Shown here piece after piece: positions 12,701-24,700 of a DNA stretch of 64,000 nucleotides. The notes beneath the pieces were generated by a model. It searched no databases, was not told where the DNA came from, and saw nothing but the letters and a program-made list of their open reading frames with translations. A program made the translations under genes and the position numbers. The stretch's first letter is position 1; every line of letters begins with the position of its first letter. This DNA is from Felis catus (taxonomy: Eukaryota): assembly GCF_018350175.1 (NCBI RefSeq), contig NC_058368.1, forward strand, positions 20,090,001 to 20,154,000, read 5' to 3'.

Positions 12701-15700
12701 CATTTCCTTCAATTGGTGAGATTTTCAGGAAGGAGACTATTTGGCGGGCAGGGATTCTAACATGTCTTTTTTTTTTCCTTTAAGGTATTTTGGTTTTTTG
12801 TACTTTTAGATCAGGTTCTCCAAAGTAGTGTGTATATACCACAGAGGTAACCAAATGGTCTACTGGAATAGGGAAGGAAAACATTAGAACTTCTTTTTAT
12901 GTATATTTTTCTCCTAATTTTAATATTATTTTGGTATATATCTTATTACATACTTATACGTTAATTTACAGATAATTTATAAGTAAATGTGTATATGTCC
13001 TAATATATATTCAGCAATTTTTACTGACCACAAGGTCTATTATCAGTTTGGAAGCTACCACTCCATACAAGAAATTAAATTGCTACAGTTGAGAACTTAG
13101 TAAGGTTTCTGTACTTCAGTTGTTTCCTAGATGTGACAATTATGAGTACTCACTTATTCCAAAATTTGCACTTCTGACAAATTTGATTTTACCACCTAAA
13201 AAGATTTTTATCCTATATATAAATGGTTTGTCTTTTTCTTGTATTATATAAAATTTAAGCATTACATTTTAAAGTATTTTCTTTCAGCTTTAATAGTGTA
13301 GTCAGTAGTAAATTAAACTAACCAGCAAAATTGAGGACTTGAGTAAATTTTGATAGTGAGGGATATGGAAAATGAGTTTGTTCTGGTATTTTGTGTAAAT
13401 AGTAATAATAAGACTTTCCTCTCTAGCCACCTCGTACATCTCATCCTGTAGTGAAGTTTTCCTGTACAGACTGTGAACCGATGGTTATTGACAAATTGCC
13501 TTTTGACAAATATGAGTTGGAACCTTCGCCACTGACTCAGTTTATCCTGGAAAGGAAATCTCCTCAAACATGTTGGCAGGTGAGCTGAGCAACTACAGTG
13601 ACCTAAAAATTGAAGTTGGATTTTTTTTTTTTTTAAAGTTAAAGTTAAATTGAATCAATGGTTTCAATAACATTCTGTAAAGGTTATTAAATGTGAAGTT
13701 TCAACCACTCCCTTTTAACAGGTATATGTGAGCAATAGTGCAAAATACAGCGAGCTCGGTCATCCCTTTGGTTACTTGAAAGCCAGTACAGCACTGAACT
13801 GTGTCAACTTATTTGTGATGCCTTACAATTACCCCGTCCTCTTGCCCCTTCTAGGTAAGTCACTCGTGTCCCATTCTCAGTGGCTCAGCATACATACTGA
13901 TTTTCCTAAAAACAAAGATTGGGAACATGTCTTTGTAAGTTCTCATGTTTTGTGGAAATTAACGGAACTGTTGTTAGTACTCTGAAATATCGAACCTATC
14001 TAAGGTTGTTTTATAGCAACCTGTGTATGTTTGTGGTAAATTAAAAGTCAGTGTCAAAACACCTTTGATTCTACAAACTATTGAAGATACTGTGTTTTAA
14101 ATTTTTAAGTATTCCAAGTTTTCTACAAGTTAGCTTTCTTCCATAGTGAGAATTGGTAATAGAGGCTTTGTATTTGGTAAATAAGGATTTTTGTAGAAGC
14201 ATATATTTATAGATCTGAATGTATTTTCTTTCTAAGAATTTATAATTTTCATTTGGCACATGCTTGTCTATTTATTTTTTTTAGAGAGAGAGAGTGTGCA
14301 TGTGAGTGGCGGAGAGTGACAGAGGGGGACAGAGAGAAAGGAAGAGAATCTTAAGTAGGCTCCATACTCAGCACAGAACCTGACGTGGGACTTGATCCCA
14401 GGACCTTGGGATCATGACCTGAGCCAAAATTAAGAGTCGGACGCTCAACTGACTGAGCCATCCAGGCACATATTTTTTAAATGAATGAATGTGTTCCAAT
14501 GATACAATAAAAGCCTAAAGTTAGTTTCTGGGGACCCTCTGGCTATAATTTTTGAGCAGTACTGTTGGAGAAGACTTCTATGCATGGAACCACTTCAGAT
14601 TTAAATATTATCATCAAAAAAAAATTTATAGTCAAAATATTAGTAGGTATATTTTATTGAAAACATTGTGTATACTTTGTTTCTGTCCTCAAATCTGTTT
14701 TATGTTGAGGTCTAGATAGTGTACAGATTTTCTTGTGTCTTACCTGATTCTACCTTTATTTCATGAAATATTAGATCATGATTAGCATCTTTTTGTTTTT
14801 AAAATGGTATTACTGCTCAATGGCAGAACCAAAATTTTGCCACTATTAATTTTGTTAAAAATTGATGTCTGATATGTTACTCTCTTACAAATAAGAAAGC
14901 AGTGTTTAAAAATGAAACGTGCTTGACTTGATTTTTGTGTCTGAAAAAAATGATGATAGTTTGTTCACATTCATTTATAGATGACTTGTTTAAAGTACAT
15001 AAAGCAAAACCAACATTGAAGTGGAGACAGTCATTTGAAAGTTATTTGAAGACAATGCCTCCCTACTATCTTGGGGTAAGAATGTGATTGTTAAAAATAG
15101 AACTTGTTACAAAATTTTACATTATGCTTATAGTTTACTTGTATTTACTGCTGTTATAGAATATATAGAGTATATAAATGTCATGAAAATTGAGTGTACA
15201 AATGACCGATAAAGATGTAATGGGAAAGAAAGGTTTCAGTGATTTGTGGAATAATGATGATGGCAATGATAATGACGATGAGAACATGTATATAATGCTT
15301 ACCTTAGGCCTGATATTATGCTAAGTATTTTACCTCATTTAGTTTATATGGTAATCCTTCAAGGTAGAGATCATCATTCCTATTTCATAGATGAGGAAAC
15401 TAAGGTATTAAAAGATTAAGTAATTTGTCCAAGGCTACTTGTGTGGGAGACTGGAATTTACTCCCAGGCAGCCTGGCTTTTAGAATAGCTCCAATTGTTG
15501 TACTGCCTTGTTAAATTGCAGTTTTATAATTATTATTCCTTAAGGGTGCAGAATAGTTTTGTTGCATTATTCCCTAAATCTCTAAAAACATGTTTTTAGG
15601 TAGATAAGTATATATTCTTATAGACTCCTATTTTTAGAACCACGAGATTGTGATTACAGTTGACCCTTGAACAACACAGGTTTGAAGAGGATAGGTCCAC

Positions 15701-18700
15701 TTATATGTGGATTATTTTCAATAAATATAATGGAAAAATTTTTTTAGATATGTGGCAATTTGAAAAACTCTCAGATGAATCGTATAGCCTGAAAATATAA
15801 AAAAAAAAAAATCAAGATAAACCTCAGAGTTACTGTAAGAATACAGTCTATAATACATATTGCACAGAAAATTTGTGTGAATTGATTATGTTATTAGTAA
15901 GGCTTCAGGTCAATAGCAGGCTATTAGTTAACTTTTTGGGGAGTCAAAGTTATCTGCGGATTTTTTATTGTGTGGGGGTTGGTACTCCTAACCCTGATGT
16001 TGCTCAGTGGCCACCTGTACTTAACAACCTAGTGTATCACAGTAGATAAGACTGTAATGTATATATTATTAAATATATTATTTACTTTTTGAAAAAGTAA
16101 CCTCTTACTAAAAAGACCAATGCTAAAAGCACTTTTAAACATTACTTTTACTTTTAAAAATGGAGGAATAGTATGCCATTTGACTATAATCCTTCTAAAT
16201 GGTCTCTACTAAGAGCATTAGTGTCTTGAGCTTTGAAAATCATATTTTAGAGTTGTAAGAGATAAGTTGTGTGTCTAGCACATAGCGCCTGCCATGTAAG
16301 AGAGTAAAAAGAAAGACGCACTGAATATGAACTGTTAGGTCTGTTGACTTACTTTCGTTTTCCTAGCAACCTGGGGAATTCAGGCAAAGCTACATGGATT
16401 TGAGATGTCAGAGCTGGATTTGATTCCAGTTTGACACCAGTGCAGATTCACTTTCTGGTGTCAGTGAATGGCTGTCATCCTTTTTTGACTGTATCCCGCT
16501 CAAATATACTGGTGATTTTTTTCGTTGCACAAGTGGTTTCGACTGGGCTCTCCTTACAATTGAAAAGTATTACACTATACATAGCAAATCTTAAACTGGC
16601 TTTTCCTTCTTATTTTTCCCTCTGAGCTTGTTTTGATTTTTCAGTTCAGCTAATAGTAACAGTAGTAATGATTAGCACTTACTGAATGCCTCCTGTGTAC
16701 CAGATGCTTTTATATGTGCTTTACGTGTATAGTTCATTTAATCCCATGGCAACCCTATGAAGTAGATACTATTATTGTTATACAAAAGAAAAACTTCAGA
16801 AACAGAGAGGTGATATATAACTTGGTCCAGGGTCACAAAGCTAGTGAATGGTTGAGCCACAACCCACTCAGTTACCCAAAGTAGAAATCTTCCATTTTTC
16901 TTGACTTCTTTTCACTTACTACTTAATTTCTATCAAATTTGCCTCTGTGATCTGTATCTTCCCCATTTCTTCCAAACTTAGTATCTCCAATGATACTAAG
17001 GAGTCCAGGACTTTACCCTTTCTTGCCCGTGTGTTGGTAAAATATAGCCTCTAGTCCTTTTTAAGGCAAACATTTCACTGAAATACAAATATGATCATGT
17101 TACTCTCTTATTGAAGAAAAGAAGAAAGTCTCTTGGAAAATCTTCAAAACTGACAATACATGTAGCCATAAGTTTTTGACAAGTTTAGGATTGAGTGATA
17201 TTTTCTTTTTTCCTATAGCCTTTGAAGAAAGCTGTTAGAATGATGGGAGCACCTAACCTAATAGCAGACAGTATGGAATATGGACTTAGTTACAGTGTCA
17301 TTTCATACCTCAAAAAATTGAGTCAACAGGTAATGTTAAGAAATAGAACCATTAAGTATTTTGAATGGTTTTCAATGCAAATGTTAGTTCTCCTGGTTCT
17401 GATAGAATTATGTTATATGAATACATTACATGTTTTAAAACCACATATATATTAACATAATTCAGTCTCAAGTACGTGGTATGCTGTTTTAGAATGTTAA
17501 TTTCAAATAATAATTCCTAGTTTATGAAAGTGGCCTCATTAGTGTCCTAGAAATTCTGTGAACATTCGTTATGTTTTCTTTTGAGAAATGTATGTTAGAA
17601 AGTTGCTTTTCTTAAAAATCAGTTTCTTTTGCTTTATGTTTTAAAACCTGTAGTTTTTTTCTTTCAAAATGGGACTTTCTTTTGAAATATTTGTTGAAAA
17701 CGCTGATTTTGTCATTTGGGGCATATCACAGTAATAGATTCTTTGGTAGTCAAGCAGTATGCAGTTAGACTGCCAAGATACTACTACTGTATAGAATACA
17801 TTATTTTTCCGGTACTTTTGCCATCGCTACTTTAACTGCTAATCGAGATGTAGGTTGGAAAGAGTCAAAATATTGCTACTTGTTGTCAGTGAAAAACTAC
17901 ATCACTTTTCGTTATACCTGTGAAGTTTTAATTATGTGCTAATAATAGTGTCTTTAAGTAAATATTGATGAGATTTTTTTCCCTAATTTTATATCACCTC
18001 TGATTTAGAAATACATGTTTTCATTTAGGATGCACTTAAACATTTCATGATTTAAGTGTAGTGGCTATTAGTAAATAAAATAAAATTGAAATTGTTTTTG
18101 TTTGCCCTGCTCCAGAAGGTTATTATAGTGATTTAAAACTGTAAGACATTATTATTTAAGCTATATTTAGTTTACCAAGAACTTGACATAAACTGTGCTA
18201 CTTGAGGTTTTAACTTCTTACATACTTTTAAAATATAAATATGTATTTAATTTATAGAAGACCAAAACTATTAGTGTTTAATTTATTAATTTAGATTATG
18301 TCGAGACCAACTCTTATTTATTTTTACTTTAGGCCAAAATAGAATCTGATCGAGTCATCGGATCTGTAGGCAAAAAAGTAGTACAGGAAACTGGAATTAA
18401 AGTCCGAAGCCGATCACATGGTTTATCAATGGCTTATAGGAAAGATTTTCAACAGTTGCTCCAGGGAATTTCAGAGGATGTTCCTCACAGACTGCTAGAC
18501 CTTAATATGAAAGAATACACTGGGTTCCAGGTTGCTTTGCTCAATAAGGTAATAGTTCTATGAATTTAATACTGCTCTGGATATATTCTGTTGTATTGTT
18601 GAATAAATCAAATTTTCTATTTGCTGATATTTAGTTCGTCCAAACTTTAGGAATACTTCTATACCTTTGTAGACTAATGATCATTAATACTATCATTGAA

Positions 18701-21700
18701 TGAGTGAATTTTAGAATTAAAAAATTACACATGCCAAATTGATGAATAGATCAGTAAGCCAACCCATTCACTTATTTGTTAAATTCTTTAAATTTTTTTT
18801 TTTTTTAATTTTAGAGAGAGAGAACAGGGGAGAGAGGCAGAGAGAGAGAGACAGAGAGACACATCTTAAGTAGGCTTCATACTCAGCACAGAGTTGGATG
18901 CAGGGCTCAATCCCACCACCTTAGAATCGTGACCTGAATTGAAATTAAGAGCTGGATGCTCAACTGACTGAGCCACCCAGGTGTCCCCATTTATTTTATA
19001 GATGAGAAAACAGATGGGGCATCTAGCTGGCTCAGACAGTAGAGCATTTGACTCTTGTCTTGGTCATGAGTTTGAGCCCCATGTTGGATGTAAAGATTAC
19101 TTAAAAAAAAGAAGGAAAGAATTCAGAGGCTTAAAGATTGCCTAAAGTTACATAGCTAGTGGGAGAGTTCACTGTAGTTTGGTACTTAAACTGATGACCT
19201 TGGGTGCATAGCATGATTTTAAAATACTTTATGAATATTCATTATTATAAACATCCTCATCCCAGGGATGCCTGGGTGGCTCAGTAGTCAGTGAAGTGCC
19301 CAACTCTTGATCTCCGCTCAGGTCTTGATCTCAAGGTCATGAGTTGAAGCCCCACACTGGGCTCCATGCTGGGCGTGGGGCCTACTTTAAAAAAACATTC
19401 TTCATCTCAGTAGCCTTTTTTTGTAGAAACAGACATGCCAATCTAAAATGTATATGGAAAGTTAAAGGTCCTAGAATAGGTAAAAAAATTTGGAAAAAAA
19501 TAATAAAGTTAGAAGACTTACACTATCTATTTTGAAGCTTACTGTAAAGTTGTAATGATCATCAACATGTTCTGTTGTTGACATAAGGATAAACATATAG
19601 AGCAGTAGGATAGAAGAGAGTCTAGAAGTAGGCCCTCACACGTATAGTCCGTTAATTTCTAACAGAGGTGCCAGAATAACTCAGTGGGTAAGAAGGCAAT
19701 CTCTTCAGACATAGTGCTGGGCTCATGGGGAATTTAAGAAGCAAAACAGATGAACATAGGGGAAGGGAAGGCAAATAAGATAAAAACAGAGAGGGCAAAC
19801 CACAAGAGACTCTTAAATACAGAGAATAAAGTGAGGGTTGCTGGAGGGGAGGTGGGTGGGTGGACGCACTAAATGAGTGATGGGCATTGAGGAGCGCACT
19901 TGTTGAGACGAGCACTTGGTGTTACATGTAAGTGATGAATCACTGAATTCTCGTCAAACCAATACTACACTATATGTTAACTAACATGAGTCTGAATAAA
20001 ATAAAGTAAAAACAAAATGAACAAAAAAAAGAAATAGTGCTGGATCAATTGGATACCCATATTCAAAATAATAAACTTGACCCTTACATTACCAGTGCTC
20101 ATGGTCTTAAATGTAAAAACTAAAACTATAAACTTCTGGAAGAAAACAGGAGAAAGTCTTCATGACATTGGGTTCAGGGGTCATTGATGATTTCTAAAAT
20201 ATAACACAAAAGGTACATACATAAAAAACTTGATAAATTGAACTTCATTAAAATTTAAACTTTTACACTTGAGATCTCACCTCACGCCAGTCAGAGTGGC
20301 TGAAATGAACAAATCAGGAGACTAGATGCTGGAGAGAATGTGGAGAAACGGGAACCTTCTTGCACTGTTGGTAGGAATGCAAACTGGTGCAGCTACTCTG
20401 GAAAACAGTGTGGAGGTTCCTCAAAAAATTAAAAATAGATCTACCCTATGATCCAGCAATAGCACTGCTAGGAATTTGCCCAAGGGATACAGGAGTGCTG
20501 ATGCATAGGGGCACTTGTACCCCAGTGTTTATAGCAGCACTTGCAACAATAGCCAAATTATGGAAAGAGCCTAAATGTCCATCAACTGATGAGTGGATAA
20601 AGAAACTGTGGTTTATATATACAATGGAATACTACTTGGCAGTGAGAAAGAATGAAATACGGCCCTATGTAGCAACGTGGATGGAACTGGAGAGTGTGAT
20701 GCTAAGTGAAATAAGTCATACAGAGAAAGACAGATACCATATGTTTTCACTCTTATGTGGATCCTGAGAAACTTAACAGGATACCATGGGGGAGGAGAAG
20801 GGAAAAAAAAATTAGGGAGGAAGGCAAACCATAAGAGACTCTTAAAAACTGAGAATAAACTGAGGGTTGATGGGGGGTGGAAGGGAGGGGAAAGTGGGTG
20901 ATGGGCATTGAGGATGGCACCTGTTGGGATGAGCACTGGGTGTTGTATGGAAACCAGTTTGACAATAAATTTCATATTAAAAAAAAATCAGCCATAGACC
21001 ATATGTAAATGAATGGGTGTGACTGGGTTCCAAAAAAACTTTATTTACAAAAAATAATAAAACAATCAAAAAACAATTTAAACTTTTGTCTATAAAAGAA
21101 ACTTGGTAAAATGAACAGGCAAACTACAGCCTGGGAGAAAAGTATGTACAGAATAAAGAATATGTATCAAAATACATGAAGAACTCCTACAACTCAATAT
21201 AAAAAGACAAATATCTAATTAAAAATTGGCAAAATATCTGAGCAGATACTCCACCAAATAAGATATACAGATTGAACATGATGTAAAAAGATGCTGTACC
21301 TTAATGGTCATTAGGGAAATGCAAAATAAAACTACAATGAGATCCCACTTCCCATCCACTACACTGGCTATACTTGTTATATAATTAGCAGTTCTTCTTG
21401 TAGGTATCTACATGAGAGCAATGAAGATGTAGGTCCATATAAAGGCTTTATATGCAAATGTTCATAGTAACATTATTCATAATAGCCAAAAACTGTAAAG
21501 AAAACTGTTCATCAAATGGAAAGTGGATAAAGATATGCTATATCCATAGAATGGAATACTAGTCTGGAGTAAAAAAGAACAGACTAGTGATACATGAACA
21601 ATGTGACTGAATCTCAAAATATCATCCTTAGTGAAAAAAAGCTAGATAGAAAAGATTTGATATAGCAAAATTCTGTTTATAAAATGGAATGTAGGGAGAC

Positions 21701-24700
21701 AAAGCAGATCGGTGGTTGCCTGGGGATAGGAAAAGGGATGGAATACAATGGGCACAAAGAACTTTTGTGGGATGATGGAAGTATTGTTAAACCAGATTGT
21801 GGTGATGGTTTCACAACTGTAAATTTACTGACACTCATCAAACTGTATACCTAAAATGGGTGATTTTATGGTATGTAAATCAAAGCTCTTTTTCTTTAAA
21901 TTTTCAAAGTCTTTAAAATTTGGAAATTTGTTTTATAAGATACTTACTTTCCTTAGGCAGAATATATAATAAAATCTTGAAGAGATGTGAATTTGAGTTA
22001 TTTGGTAAGTTCACTACCAATTTTTATCCTCTGGTTCCCAAAACAGTATATTAAGATTGCATCATAATTCTTTATTCTATTTTTAAAGCTAATTAGACTT
22101 GTATATCTTATTTCCAAACCTTTACTGCAGGCTAGAGATTTTAGTCTCTTATAATTCTATATTTGAAAATAAATTTGCCTTTGAATGTTTTTCAATAGGA
22201 TTTGAAGCCACAGACATTTAGGAACGCGTATGACATACCAAGGCGGAATCTTTTGGATCACTTAACAAGAATGAGATCTAATCTTTTGAAGAGCACCCGC
22301 AGATTTCTTAAAGGACAGGATGAAGGTTGGATCATAGTTTCAATAATGGTGTTTCTTTTGTGAATTTCTTCATACTGAAAAAACATAGTATAGTAGTGTA
22401 GCTTTTAAAGCATTGTAGTATCTCATTTTCTTTGTAAATTCAAACAAATGAAGTAAAAAGTGAGTCGTCACTCATTCTCAGAATTTCTTTCTACCATCAC
22501 TGTTTCCCCCAAATTTTATTCCCCAGAGGTGACACCCTTTGTTAGCAGCTTAGTATCTTTTTTGGCTTTGTTCATGCATTCACACACACAGGTCCACACA
22601 TGCACAATCATTTTCTTGTGATACACAATACTAGCATCTGGTGGTTTAACTTGGATGGTGAATACATGTCCTGTTCCTTCAGTTATACCCATGGCACTGA
22701 CCACAGATCAAGTCAGATGAGAATTTAACTCTTTGCCATCTCTGACGTAAGCATTCCAGCTATACCTTTATTTACGTATTTGTTTAAATGTTTATTTATT
22801 TATTTTGAGACCGAGAGAGTGCAAGCGTACTTTGGGGAGGGGAGTGGGTGGGGAGAGAATCCCAGGCAAGCTCCACATTCAGCGTGGAGTCCGACACGGG
22901 GCTCCATCTCACGACTGTGAGATCATGACCTGCGCCGAAATCAAGAGTCGGACGCTTAACCAACTAAGCCATCTGGGGACCCCTCCCACCATAGCTTTAT
23001 ATAAAAAGGGTTATCTATATGTGATATGTCTTTTCTATAAATTCTGCTATAATTAAATTCTGCTTATTTGGAATATAATAGAAGAGACATTCCTTTTCAT
23101 GGTAATGTTAACACATACTTGCTTATTCTATACACTCAAATTAACTGCAATATTTTTGTTTTATTTAGAAGGTAAAATCAGTTCTTTTAAATTTTATTTT
23201 AAAAATCTCAAAGACTTCATTTATGTCACAATATTTATGACGACAAACCAATTTTGCATATATGGGAAGGGAAGACTGCCTAGGATAACCCCAGATAGCA
23301 TTCAAATATAAGAAGGTATTATTTGGTAATTAAACAGAGTATCATTTCAGTGAGGTTAACTTTTGTTATTGCTCTGTTCTGTTTGAAAAGATCAAGTGCA
23401 CAGTGTTCCTATAGCACAAATGGGGAATTACCAGGAATACCTCAAGCAAGTACCTTCTCCACTAAGAGAACTTGATCCTGATCAGCCTCGAAGGTTGCAT
23501 ACATTTGGCAACCCATTTAAGCTAGATAAAAAGGTAAGCTTGAAACGTTCCATTGTATAATTTATTTGTGGATTTAACAGTTCTAATTTCACTAAAGTAA
23601 GCTGAAGCTGTTTTGTTGGTAGACTAATAAATGTTAACATAGTTATAATCTAGTTGCTTTAATGGGAACTGGAATTAGTTGTGCCATTTAAAAACTATAT
23701 GTAAATCTAGGGAAATTATATTCTCTTTTGTTACAGGGTATGATGATAGATGAAGCAGATGAATTTGTGGCTGGACCTCAAAATAAACATAAACGACCTG
23801 GAGAACCAAATATGCAAGGGATCCCTAAAAGACGTCGCTGTATGTCTCCACTGCTGAGAGGCAGACAACAGAATCCAGTTGTGAACAATCATATTGGAGG
23901 AAAAGGACCACCTGTACCTATGACTCAAGCACAGCCAGATCTTATTAAACCCCTTCCTCTTCATAAAAGTAAGAGTTTTTTAAAAATAAACATTATTTGC
24001 TGCTGTTTGTTTTTTGTGTGGGGAAGAGATTTTTGTAATAAAGTATAGAAAAAATTGATAAAGTCTAAGAGTGTCTAGAGAAGATAATTGTTTATTCTAA
24101 ATTAGCGTGTAATCATAGTCCTTTTAGTGAACATTTGGACATGTCATGTATTTATTATGCTCTATTATAGCTGTCATGATCTAAATATCATTTATAAGCC
24201 TTAAGTATTTCAAAATAACAGGTATAGGGATGTTCTCAATACCCATAGAAAGGTGGTTTTCAATTACAGGTAACTTCAACAACTAATTATTAAATACATA
24301 TGCTATGGTAAACAGTGCTAGGCATTGAGGTTTCGCAGTGTACGAGACAATAGTGATCTCTGCCCTCACTTAGAATGAGGAAAGACAGTCATTGAACATT
24401 TCATTAGAAGTGTGGTGAATGTTCAGAAGGGAAGTCAGGTATGTCTTGGAAGCATGTGGCAAGAGGATTTTAGTCTGTGGTGTCAAGGCACTTTATTGAG
24501 GAAGTTACGTTTAAGCCAACATTGGAAGGATGAATGGGAGTTGTTTCACTAAAGCTGTGCATTCAGGAGTCTTGCTAAGCAGTCTGCTGCATACTATGTG
24601 CATAGTAGTAGTATAAGAAGAGTCTGTGCAAACGTATACAGTAAAGAGAAGCAGTTAAGGGGCTGAAAGAACTCTAGTATAGCAAAGGTGTTGGGGGTGA

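Larger units (their letters stand above)
19400..21890 (+). mobile_element. Old L1 (L1MC/ME-like) ORF2 3' part + 3' UTR, host of two younger L1 insertions
   Basis: Degenerate ORF2 sequence that resumes collinearly after each insertion. Confidence 0.8.

Noticed and set aside
20387..20767. 126-aa ORF as an independent gene
   Set aside because: It is the C-terminus of L1 ORF2 in a 5'-truncated copy with no promoter or true start.
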